Part shown: positions 18,053-26,691 of the stretch, in pieces
Layout of the letters: each line of letters opens with the position of its first letter
How positions within the stretch are numbered: the first letter of the stretch is position 1
Assembly: GCA_963834625.1 (NCBI GenBank)
Contig: CAWICM010000009.1
Span: forward strand, 426,706 to 490,705
Source of the DNA: an uncultured Solirubrobacterales bacterium
GTDB lineage: Bacteria > Actinomycetota > Thermoleophilia > Solirubrobacterales > Solirubrobacteraceae
DNA: 64,000 nucleotides
Direction: 5' to 3'
Notes under the pieces: generated by a model
Seen by the model: only the letters and a program-made list of their open reading frames with translations
Database searches by the model: none
What the model was told of the DNA's origin: nothing
Made by a program: the position numbers and the translations under genes

Positions 18053-18975
18053 AGCGCGTCCTCCAGGGCGCCGGCCAGGAGCTCGAGCTGTGGGAGTCCG
18101 ACCGCTTCGGCGAACAGGTAGGGAAGCTCGACGAGCCGGCCGTCCACCCGCTCGCGAAGCCGGTCGCGCTGCTCGCGCTGGGTGGCCGCCCGGGCGTGCT
18201 CGGACAGCGCGGCGCGCAGCGCGGAGCGGGCCAGCGCCGAGCGGGTCTTCGCGAGCGCGTCGTTCAGCTCGCCGATCTCGGCCGCGTCGAAGCGAGCCGG
18301 ATAGACGGCGTTGACGATCACGAGGTCGAGCGGAAGCTCATCACGGGCCAGCTCGTCGGCCAGCGTCATCGTCTCGTTGACCGGCATCTCCTCGGGCGTG
18401 GCCACCGCGACCACGCCGGTGAACTCGGAGTCGGCGATCGTGTCGGCGATCGTGCGCCCCTGATGGGCGATCGGGCCGACCCGGGCGATGCCGGCGAACG
18501 TCCGCGGCGTGCGCAGAAGGCCCATGCCGTGACCGGTGGCCGGCGCATCGACGATCACGAGGTCATAGGGCGCGGCGCCGCGGGTCCGGCGATGCAGCTG
18601 AGCGAGCTCCCACACCTTGCCGATACTGAGGAGCTCGCGCATCCCGGGGGTGGCCATCGCGAAGGCCTGGAACAGCCGGCTCGACCCCAGAGCCTGGCCG
18701 ATCGTTCCGGCCTTGACGCGCAGGTACTCCTCCATGGCGCGCTGGGGATCGATCGAGATCGTGAACAGCCCGGGCGCCAGCTCGATCTCGCGGAACTGCT
18801 CGCGCTCATCGTCGGAGAAGACGCCCTGCATACGCTCCTGGCTGGCCATCTCGGCGACGATCGTACGCAGCCCCCGCCGGGCCGCGAGCAGCCCGAGGGC
18901 GATGGCGACCGTGGACTTGCCGACGCCACCCTTGCCCGTGACGAACAGCAGACGCTTGTCCAGGAGGGAGGCCAC
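18049..18975 (-). CDS. ArsA/Get3-like ATPase (upstream partner)
   Basis: GKGGVGKST, DAPATGH and PEEMPVNET; overlaps the second ArsA gene. Confidence 0.92.
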   Translation of the reverse strand: MASLLDKRLLFVTGKGGVGKSTVAIALGLLAARRGLRTIVAEMASQERMQGVFSDDEREQFREIELAPGLFTISIDPQRAMEEYLRVKAGTIGQALGSSRLFQAFAMATPGMRELLSIGKVWELAQLHRRTRGAAPYDLVIVDAPATGHGMGLLRTPRTFAGIARVGPIAHQGRTIADTIADSEFTGVVAVATPEEMPVNETMTLADELARDELPLDLVIVNAVYPARFDAAEIGELNDALAKTRSALARSALRAALSEHARAATQREQRDRLRERVDGRLVELPYLFAEAVGLPQLELLAGALEDAL

Positions 18976-19061
18976 CGCACTCGAAAATAGCGGGGGGGTG
19001 GGGGCGGAGGATCCCGTCCGGCGGAGGATTCCGGTTGCGCGCTGCGAATAGTGCCCTCGAT

Positions 19062-19820
19062 ATGAGCCACGTGATCGCGTTCGCCAACCAGAAGGGTGGG
19101 GTCGCCAAGACCACCACGACGCTCAACCTCGCGGTGGCGTTCGCCGAGGAGGGACATCGCGTTCTCTGCGTGGACATGGACCCCCAGGGCAACCTGACCA
19201 TGTCCCAGGGCATCGACCCCGACACGCTCGAGAAGTCGATGTACGACGTGCTGGTGCATCACATCTCGATTCGCGAGGTGATCCGCAAGCGCGAGGTCGA
19301 TGTGGCCTGCTCCTCGATCGACCTGGCCGGCGCCGAGATCGCGATGTCGACGATGATCGGCCGTGAGCGCTCGTTGCAGAAGGCGCTGAAGCCGGTCGAG
19401 GACGACTACGACTACGTCTTCATCGACACTCCGCCGAGCCTGGGCCTGCTCACGATCAACGCTCTGACCTCCGCGCACAAGGTGATCGTCCCCGTGCAAT
19501 GCGAATATCTATCGATGCGCGGCCTGATCCAGCTGCAGAACACGCTCGCCATGATTCGCGAGAACCTCAACCCGGACGTCGAGATCGAGGGCATCCTGCC
19601 CACGCTGGTCGACATCCGGACGCTGCACGCCAAGGAGGCGATCGAGTTGCTGGAGGAGAACTTCGGCGACCGGGTGTTCGCCTCCCGGATCCGCAAGACG
19701 ATCCGCTTCGCCGAGGCGCCCGTGAAGGGCATGTCGGTCCTGAAGTACGATCCGGACGGCGTGGCCGCACACGCCTATCGGCAGCTCGCGAAGGAGGTCC
19801 TCTCGAATGCCCACCGGTAA
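19062..19820 (+). CDS. ParA/Soj family ATPase
   Basis: NQKGGVAKTTT, DMDPQGN, IDTPPSLG and PVQCEY. Confidence 0.95.
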   Translation: MSHVIAFANQKGGVAKTTTTLNLAVAFAEEGHRVLCVDMDPQGNLTMSQGIDPDTLEKSMYDVLVHHISIREVIRKREVDVACSSIDLAGAEIAMSTMIGRERSLQKALKPVEDDYDYVFIDTPPSLGLLTINALTSAHKVIVPVQCEYLSMRGLIQLQNTLAMIRENLNPDVEIEGILPTLVDIRTLHAKEAIELLEENFGDRVFASRIRKTIRFAEAPVKGMSVLKYDPDGVAAHAYRQLAKEVLSNAHR

Positions 19821-21231
19821 GCGCGCAAGCATGCGTGAGGGACCGCTCGCAGCGCTGTTCCGCAAGACCGCCGAGGACGTCGAACACAAGCCTGAGCCGG
19901 AGCCGCCGGCGCGACCTGCCGCGCCGGTGAACGAGGAGCCGGCCGCGCCACCGGAGCCCGAGGTCGAAGAGCCGCGCATTCCGCTGCCGCACGAGCGCCT
20001 GCGCCACGCCTTCTCCGCCGACATCCCCGAGAACATGCTCGAGCGGCCAGCCGGCTCCGCCGCAGGGCCGCCGGCAGAGCCCGAGCCCGATGTCTACGCG
20101 CGAGCCGGCCGGGCCGGCGATGCACCGACACGCTCCACCAAGCTCGGTCCGGTATTGCGCGTGGTCGGCGTCGGCGGCGCCGGGGTCAACGCGATCAATC
20201 GGATGGTCGAGGCCGAGATCGCGGGGGTCGAGTTCCTGGCCGTCAACACCGACCTGCAATCGCTTCAGCTGTCGGCCGCGCACGAGACGCTCCACATCGG
20301 CGACGCGATCACGCATGGGCTCGGCTCGGGCTCCAACCCGGAGCTCGGGCGGGCTGCCGCGCGCGACGAGTACGACCGGATCAAGGCCATGCTGCGCGGC
20401 TCGGACATGGTGTTCATCGCCGCCGGCGCGGGCGGCGGGACGGGCACCGGCGCGGCGCCGATCGTGGCCCAGATCGCCCGCGAGCTCGGCGCGCTGACCG
20501 TCGGCATAGTCACGCGGCCCTTCCAGTTCGAGGGCACCCGCCGGCGCGATCAGGCCGAGGTGGGCATCGCCGCGCTGGCCGCCGAGGTCGACACGCTGAT
20601 CGTGGTCCCCAACAACCGGTTGCTGTCGGTGCTCGACCGCAACGTCTCGATGGTCGAGGCGTTCCGCGTGGCGGACGACGTGCTCCGCCAGGGCGTGCAG
20701 GGCATCTCCGACCTGGTCACGCTCCCCGGGCTGATCAACCTCGATTTCGCCGACGTGCGCACGATCATGTCCGGCGCAGGCAACGCCCTGCTCGGGATCG
20801 GCATGGGCACCGGGGAGCGCCGGGCGGTCGAAGCTGCCGAGCACGCGGTGGCCTCGCCGCTGCTCGAGACGAGCATGGAGGGTGCGCGCTCGATCCTGCT
20901 CTCGATCACCGGGGGTCCCGACCTGTCGCTGTGGGAGGTCAACGAGTCGGCCAAGGCAGTGGCCGAGGCCGCCCATCCTGACGCCAACATCATCTTCGGC
21001 GCGATGGTCGACGAGAAACTCATCGACAACGTCTGGGTGACGGTGATCGCCACCGGCTACGGCGACGGCCGGTCGCAGCGCCGGCAGCCCATCAGGACGG
21101 AGGTCGGGGAGGCCGGTCGCGACGACCGCTCGAGGCTGCGCGAGCCGGCCGGCGAGCCGCGCGTGAGCCGCGTGCGCCAGCGCCCGAGTACGCTCGATCT
21201 CGACGTACCGGAATTCATTCCTCGTAGATAG
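19807..21231 (+). CDS. ftsZ: Cell division protein FtsZ with an approximately 115-aa N-terminal extension
   Basis: VGVGGAGVNA, GAGGGTGTG, INLDFADV and C-terminal LDVPEFIP. The start overlaps the parA stop region. Confidence 0.95.
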   Translation: MPTGKRASMREGPLAALFRKTAEDVEHKPEPEPPARPAAPVNEEPAAPPEPEVEEPRIPLPHERLRHAFSADIPENMLERPAGSAAGPPAEPEPDVYARAGRAGDAPTRSTKLGPVLRVVGVGGAGVNAINRMVEAEIAGVEFLAVNTDLQSLQLSAAHETLHIGDAITHGLGSGSNPELGRAAARDEYDRIKAMLRGSDMVFIAAGAGGGTGTGAAPIVAQIARELGALTVGIVTRPFQFEGTRRRDQAEVGIAALAAEVDTLIVVPNNRLLSVLDRNVSMVEAFRVADDVLRQGVQGISDLVTLPGLINLDFADVRTIMSGAGNALLGIGMGTGERRAVEAAEHAVASPLLETSMEGARSILLSITGGPDLSLWEVNESAKAVAEAAHPDANIIFGAMVDEKLIDNVWVTVIATGYGDGRSQRRQPIRTEVGEAGRDDRSRLREPAGEPRVSRVRQRPSTLDLDVPEFIPRR

Positions 21232-21243
21232 GCGGGCTCAGCT

Positions 21244-22752
21244 GTGGTGGCCGAGCCGCTCGGCGTAGTCGCCGCGGGCCATCCGCGGTGTGCCCAGGCC
21301 GGCGCCGACGCGCTGCGTGAGGGCGGCAACGCGGTCGACGCGGCGCTCGCCGCGATGCTGACCGCGTTCAGCTGTGAGCCGCTGCTGACCAGTCTGGGCG
21401 CTGGCGGCTACATGCTGGTGGTCGAGCCGGGCGGCGAGCCCGTGCTGCTCGACTTCTTCGTCGAGGCGGCGGGGCGCGGCGTGGATGCCGGGGCGCGGGC
21501 CGAGCTCGTGCCGGTCAGCGTGTCGTTCGGCGACGCCATCCAGGTGTTCAACATCGGGCCGGCCTCCGTGGGGACCTACGGGATGGCGGCCGGGTTGTGG
21601 GAGGCGTCCAGCCGATTCGGACGGATCCCCCTGGCCGATCTCGTGGTGCCGGCGGCGCGGTTGGCGCGCGACGGCGTCGAGCTCAACGGTCCCCAGGCCT
21701 ACGTGATCGAGATCCTCGCCGGGATCGTGACCTCAACGCCCGAGTGCGCCGCGCTGTTCGCCCCGGCCGGCCGGGTGGTGCGGGCCGGGGACGTGGTCCA
21801 CCAGCCCGAGCTCGCCGACACGCTCGAGCGGCTGGGCGCGGAGGGCCCGGCGCCGTTCTATACCGGGGATATCGCGGCTGCGATCGTCGAGTGGCTGGCC
21901 GCGCGAGGCGGGATCGTGAGCGCCGCCGACCTGGCAGCCTACTCCGTGGTCGACCGGGAGCCGATCCGGGCCGAATATCGGGGACGCGAGGTGGTCACCA
22001 ACCCGCCACCCTCGGCGGGCGGGATCCTGATCGCGCACGCGCTCTCGTTGCTCGACGGTGACACGGACCCCGCGCGCCCGGCTCCGGACCTCGTACACGT
22101 GGTCGCCACCATGGAGCGCACCCAGGCTGAGCGCACGCCCGAGTTCCTCGCGGGGCTCGACGATCCCTCTTTCGTCGAGCGGTTCCTGACCCGGCGCTCA
22201 TCGCTCGGATCGACCACCCACGTGGCCGTGCTCGACCGCGAAGGCTGGGCGTGCTCGGTGACCTCGTCCAACGGGTCGTGCTCGGGCGTCGTGGTGCCTG
22301 GCACGGGGGTTCATCTGAACAACATGCTCGGCGAACAGGACCTTAACCCCCTGGGCTTCCACCGCCACTCGCCGGGGCGGAGGATGCCGAGCATGATGTC
22401 TCCCACCGTCGTGCTGCGCGACGGCGCCCCCGAGCTGGTGCTCGGCAGCGCCGGCTCGAACCGCATCCGTTCGGCCATCCTGCAGACGATCATCCGCGTG
22501 GTCGACGACGGGATGCCGGCGGGGGACGCGGTGCGGGCGCCGCGCGTCCACTTCGAGGACGGCGTGGTGTACGCCGAGCCCGGGATCGACACGTCGCCGC
22601 TCGAGCACGCCGGGCGGGCGATCGGGCGCTTCCGGGAGCTCAACCTGTTCTTTGGCGGAGTGCAGGCCGCGGCGCGCGACCGGCAGGGCCGGCTCTCGGG
22701 TGGGGGGGATCCCCGCCGCGGGGGAGCGGCGGTCGTGGTCGACGCCGCATGA
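21244..22752 (+). CDS. ggt: Gamma-glutamyltransferase family protein
   Basis: GGNAVDAA, STTH (nucleophile Thr), NNMLG, SMMSP and GSAGSNRI. Confidence 0.92.
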   Translation: MVAEPLGVVAAGHPRCAQAGADALREGGNAVDAALAAMLTAFSCEPLLTSLGAGGYMLVVEPGGEPVLLDFFVEAAGRGVDAGARAELVPVSVSFGDAIQVFNIGPASVGTYGMAAGLWEASSRFGRIPLADLVVPAARLARDGVELNGPQAYVIEILAGIVTSTPECAALFAPAGRVVRAGDVVHQPELADTLERLGAEGPAPFYTGDIAAAIVEWLAARGGIVSAADLAAYSVVDREPIRAEYRGREVVTNPPPSAGGILIAHALSLLDGDTDPARPAPDLVHVVATMERTQAERTPEFLAGLDDPSFVERFLTRRSSLGSTTHVAVLDREGWACSVTSSNGSCSGVVVPGTGVHLNNMLGEQDLNPLGFHRHSPGRRMPSMMSPTVVLRDGAPELVLGSAGSNRIRSAILQTIIRVVDDGMPAGDAVRAPRVHFEDGVVYAEPGIDTSPLEHAGRAIGRFRELNLFFGGVQAAARDRQGRLSGGGDPRRGGAAVVVDAA

Positions 22753-22789
22753 GGATGGCGGCGCTGCCGGTGGTCGCGGTCGAGCCCGC

Positions 22790-23194
22790 ATGAGGGTCGC
22801 GATCGCGGTTCTCGCGGCGGTCGCGGTGCTGGCCTCCTGCGGCTTCGACGTCCAGTCCCCCGACCTGTTCCAGGTCACCCGGTTCGGCCAGGGCCACAAG
22901 CTGACCCTGCTGGTCAACGACGGCGGCACGATCGCCTGCAATGGAGGCAAGCCGAAGTCCCTGCCCGATCCGCAGTTGCTCCAGGCGCGCGACCTGGCCA
23001 CGAGCCTCAATACGGACGCCAAGGCCAAGCTCAGGTTCTCGCGCACCGCCCGCACCGTGTTCTCCTACTCGGTGAAAGTGCAGAACGGCACGTTCACGTT
23101 CCCGGACACCGCGGCCGACTCGCGCAAGGAACTGTCGCAATTGGAGTTGTTTGTAGTGCAGGCGGCGGCTGACCCGTGCGGGATCAGCGCTTGA
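22790..23194 (+). CDS. Hypothetical lipoprotein
   Basis: Signal peptide ending in the lipobox LASC. Confidence 0.7.
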   Translation: MRVAIAVLAAVAVLASCGFDVQSPDLFQVTRFGQGHKLTLLVNDGGTIACNGGKPKSLPDPQLLQARDLATSLNTDAKAKLRFSRTARTVFSYSVKVQNGTFTFPDTAADSRKELSQLELFVVQAAADPCGISA

Positions 23195-23247
23195 GGATGT
23201 TCTTAGCCTTATCGCCTTCTTAAGACCCCCGCTACGCTGCCCAGCTT

Positions 23248-24153
23248 GTGATTGTCATCGCCTCCAGCCTCATCACGACTTTCCAAGCGGTTGTCCTCGG
23301 CGCCCTGCAGGGCGTCACCGAGCTGTTCCCAATCTCGAGCCTCGGGCACACGGTCATCCTCCCGAATCTGTTCGGGTGGACCAATATCGTCAAGTGGCAG
23401 TCGGAGCCCGAGTCGCCATGGCTCGCCTTCGTCGTGATGCTGCACGTGGGCAGCGCGATCGGCCTGCTGATCTACTTCTGGCGCGAGTGGGTGGAGATCA
23501 TCACGGCGTTCTTCGGGACCCTCGGCAAGCGCCGCATCGAGACCCGCACCGAGAAGCTCGCCTGGCTGATCATCGCGGCGAGCATCCCCACCGGAATCCT
23601 CGGGATCGCGCTCGAGCGCGTCGCGCGGCAGGCCACGGCCAAGCCGCTGATCGCGTCGATCTTCCTCGTGGTCAACGGCTTCGTCCTGCTCGGGGCGGAG
23701 CGCCTGCGTCGGCGCTCGGAGGTGCGGGTGAGAGCCCGCACAGAGGGACGATCGGGGCAGGATCTCGACCGCGAGATCGAGTCGCTCAGTTACAAGGAGG
23801 GCGTTGGGGTCGGCTTCGTGCAGTCCACCGCGCTGATCGCCGGCATCAGCCGCGACGGGGTGGTAATGGCGGGAGGCCTCCAGCGCGGCCTTGACAACGC
23901 CGGCGCGGCCAAGCTCTCGTTCCTGCTCGCGACGCCGATCATCCTGGCCGCCGGAGTCTTCAAGGTGGGTGACCTCCTCGGCGCCAACGGAAACGGCATC
24001 CGCGGCGAGGCCGTGGTCGCGGCGGTGGTCGCTGCGATCTTCGCCGTGATCACCGTGCACTTCCTGACCCGCTGGTTCAAGACGCGCAACCTGATCCCGT
24101 TCGGGATCTACTGCGTGGTTTTCGGGACGGCGATGATCATCTATAACGCCTAA
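23248..24153 (+). CDS. uppP: Undecaprenyl-diphosphate phosphatase (BacA/UppP)
   Basis: QGVTELFPISSLGH, GISRDG and SFLLATP. Confidence 0.94.
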   Translation: MIVIASSLITTFQAVVLGALQGVTELFPISSLGHTVILPNLFGWTNIVKWQSEPESPWLAFVVMLHVGSAIGLLIYFWREWVEIITAFFGTLGKRRIETRTEKLAWLIIAASIPTGILGIALERVARQATAKPLIASIFLVVNGFVLLGAERLRRRSEVRVRARTEGRSGQDLDREIESLSYKEGVGVGFVQSTALIAGISRDGVVMAGGLQRGLDNAGAAKLSFLLATPIILAAGVFKVGDLLGANGNGIRGEAVVAAVVAAIFAVITVHFLTRWFKTRNLIPFGIYCVVFGTAMIIYNA

Positions 24154-24256
24154 AGGGGCCAGGCCGGATGCCTGGCCGTGGCCGCCGGCGGCGCACGCGG
24201 AGCGGTCTCCCGGAAACTCAGAAGCGGAGCGTGCGCCGGCCCGGAGCCGGATGCGG

Positions 24257-24880
24257 CTACGCCGCGCCGAATCTCACTTTGCCGTTCGACTGCGCCCGTT
24301 CCTGGACGCGGTCGACCAGCTCGAGGCGCTTGATCGCGGCGCGGAACAGCCGGGTGACCAGCCGCAGCCGGGCATTCTCGGAGCGCATGTCGAGCAGGCC
24401 CTGCTTGGCATCCAGCCCGAAGTCGACCGTGGCGGCCATCGCGTAGGCGCTCATGTTGGCCAGCTCGTCGGGATCGGGATCGCTGTCGGTGGCCCGCCTG
24501 ACCAGCTCGGCGTAGGCCTCGTGCGCGGCCTTGGCCAGGTCCGGATCGTGCGCGTCCTCTCGATCCTCGACGAACTCGATCACGCCCGCCGGATAGGGAA
24601 GATGGCCCTGACGCTCGAGCACGCGGAACGGCCGGGTGCCGCGCACCAGCAGGTTCATCCGCCCGTCCTCCATGCGCTCGAGCACTTGCTCGATCGAGCA
24701 CGCGCACCCCACCTCGCGCAGCCCGTCGTCGGACAGCCACACGATCCCGAACTCGTGCTCGCGCTCGAGGCACGCGTTGATCATCGTCTTGTAGCGCTCC
24801 TCGAAGATGTGCAGCGGGATCATCTCGCCGGGCAGCGCCACGATCCCCAGCGGGAACAGCGGGTAGTCGCCTTCGGGCAT
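24257..24880 (-). CDS. Stand-alone Lon protease N-terminal (substrate-binding) domain protein
   Basis: PLFPLGIVALPGEMIPLHIFEERY...GCA; no AAA or protease domain. Confidence 0.9.
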   Translation of the reverse strand: MPEGDYPLFPLGIVALPGEMIPLHIFEERYKTMINACLEREHEFGIVWLSDDGLREVGCACSIEQVLERMEDGRMNLLVRGTRPFRVLERQGHLPYPAGVIEFVEDREDAHDPDLAKAAHEAYAELVRRATDSDPDPDELANMSAYAMAATVDFGLDAKQGLLDMRSENARLRLVTRLFRAAIKRLELVDRVQERAQSNGKVRFGAA

Positions 24881-24893
24881 CCGCCCAGCGAGT

Positions 24894-25808
24894 CTACGCC
24901 CGGCCCGCCAGCAGCAGGTTGTAGAAGATGGCCGGCGGGAGCCGGGGCTCGAGCAACCGCTGGTCCACGCGCTGCAGCAGCAGGTAGCCGTGGAACGCGT
25001 ACTGGCGCCAGAGCATGGGCACGTCGGCCGGATCGGCGCTGGCCTCGAGCGCGCGGTTGAACCACCCGAACCAGTTGGCCAGCAGCTCCTCGCCGCGGAC
25101 CCTGATGTCCATGAACCCGGCGGCGCGGGCGAGCTTCGCCAGGTCGCCGGGCGCGAAGGCGTGGATGTCGACCACCCGCTCGAGGTAGTGGTCGTCCCCG
25201 TTCGTCGAGCCGTTGTGGTCGGGGGGTGAGGGCGGTCCGGCCCCGAGGGCACGGCGCCACAGGGGAGCGACTGCGCTCGCGCCCCGCTTGGGCAGGGCGG
25301 CCAGCCGGTCGCCGAAACGCGACGGCTCACCCGCGAACACCACGTAGCCGCCGGGCTTGAGCACCCGGTGAAACTCGCCAAAGGCCCGCTCCAGGTCGGG
25401 CAGGTGATGGAGCACGGCGTGGCCGAGGACCAGGTCGAAGCTGTGCTCGGCGAACGGCAGCGATTCGGCGTCGGCCCGGGCGCTCTTGACCGTCAGGCCG
25501 AGGCGCTCCGCGTTCGCGTTCAGCACGCGCACCATGCCGGGAGAGATGTCCGTGCAGGTTGCCTCGCGCACGATTCCGGCGCGCATCAGGTTGAGGCTGA
25601 AGTAGCCGGTGCCGGCGCCGACCTCCAGCGAGCGCTCGAAACCGCGGTCGAGCGCCGCGCCGAGCACCTTGCGCAGCTTGCCCACTACCTGAGCCTGGCC
25701 GACCTCGCCGAAGTCGATGCCCCACTTGGAGTCGTAGCTCGGAGCGGCCACGTCGTGATAGCGGGTGTTGACATCGCGGATCTCGTCCGCCGTCCGCAGC
25801 GCATCCAT
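24894..25808 (-). CDS. Class I SAM-dependent methyltransferase (resembles mycobacterial Rv3038c)
   Basis: YHD..A..YD.KW.I, LEVGAGTGYF.LNL, DISPGM and GHAVLHH. Confidence 0.88.
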   Translation of the reverse strand: MDALRTADEIRDVNTRYHDVAAPSYDSKWGIDFGEVGQAQVVGKLRKVLGAALDRGFERSLEVGAGTGYFSLNLMRAGIVREATCTDISPGMVRVLNANAERLGLTVKSARADAESLPFAEHSFDLVLGHAVLHHLPDLERAFGEFHRVLKPGGYVVFAGEPSRFGDRLAALPKRGASAVAPLWRRALGAGPPSPPDHNGSTNGDDHYLERVVDIHAFAPGDLAKLARAAGFMDIRVRGEELLANWFGWFNRALEASADPADVPMLWRQYAFHGYLLLQRVDQRLLEPRLPPAIFYNLLLAGRA

Positions 25809-25838
25809 GGCGGCCAGGACATTACCCTCTCGGCCCGG

Positions 25839-26609
25839 ATGAGCGACTCCTACGTCCAGCAGCACCAGCCTCCGGGCGTCCCGCCGCTCGAGCTCACCGG
25901 CGAGCGCACGCTGCCCGACGTGCCAGCCGAGAACTATTGGTACCGGCGGCATCTGGCCGTGTACGAGTGGATCGCCACGCGGGTGGGCGGCTCAGCGGTG
26001 CTCGACATGGCCTGCGGGGAGGGTTACGGGTCCTCGGTGCTGGCGTCCGCCGCGGCCTCTGTCGTGGGCGTGGACGGGAACCCCGAGGCCCACGAGCACG
26101 CCCGGCTGCGCTACACGCGGCCCGGGCTGTCGTTCGAGTGGGGCGCGGTCGAGACGTACGGCGAGCCGGGCACGTTCGACGCCGTGGTGTTCCTGCAGAC
26201 GCTCGAGCACGTCGTCGATCCAGCGGCCGTGCTCGAGCATTTCCGCGCTTTGCTCAGGCCCGGAGGGGTTGCCTACGTCTCGACGCCGAACGTCCTGACG
26301 CTCGCCCCGCCGGGGGCGGAGAAGTCAGACAACCCCTGGCACCTGCGCGAGTACCGCGCGGAGGAGTTCGCTTCGCTGTGCCGCGGCGCGTTCGGGCAGG
26401 TCGAGATGCTGGGGCTGTTCCACGCCCGCAAGCTCCGCGCCCACGAGCTCGCGCTCGGACTCGGCTGGGACCGGGCGCACAGGCGCCTGGGAATCACCAG
26501 GGCGTTCTACGACCGCTTCACGCCGGCCATCTCCAGCCGGGACTTCGCCTTGCGCGGGGGCCGGCTGAGCCACGCCCTCGATTTCCTGGCCGTCTGTCGC
26601 GGGCGCTGA
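25839..26609 (+). CDS. Class I SAM-dependent methyltransferase (resembles mycobacterial Rv3030)
   Basis: LTGERTLPDVPAENYWYRRH, LDMACGEGYG, QTLEH and NPWHLREY. Confidence 0.88.
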   Translation: MSDSYVQQHQPPGVPPLELTGERTLPDVPAENYWYRRHLAVYEWIATRVGGSAVLDMACGEGYGSSVLASAAASVVGVDGNPEAHEHARLRYTRPGLSFEWGAVETYGEPGTFDAVVFLQTLEHVVDPAAVLEHFRALLRPGGVAYVSTPNVLTLAPPGAEKSDNPWHLREYRAEEFASLCRGAFGQVEMLGLFHARKLRAHELALGLGWDRAHRRLGITRAFYDRFTPAISSRDFALRGGRLSHALDFLAVCRGR

Positions 26610-26691
26610 ACCGGCGCGCAAACCGCGCGCCTGCGGGTAGTCTGGCCCGCGACAACCCAGCAAGCTGACATCCGGAAGGGCAGGGTCCGCA

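Noticed and set aside
24243-24254. Enterobacterial REP-like GCCGGATGCGGC
   Set aside because: A short match expected by chance at this GC content; the second half of the REP consensus is absent.
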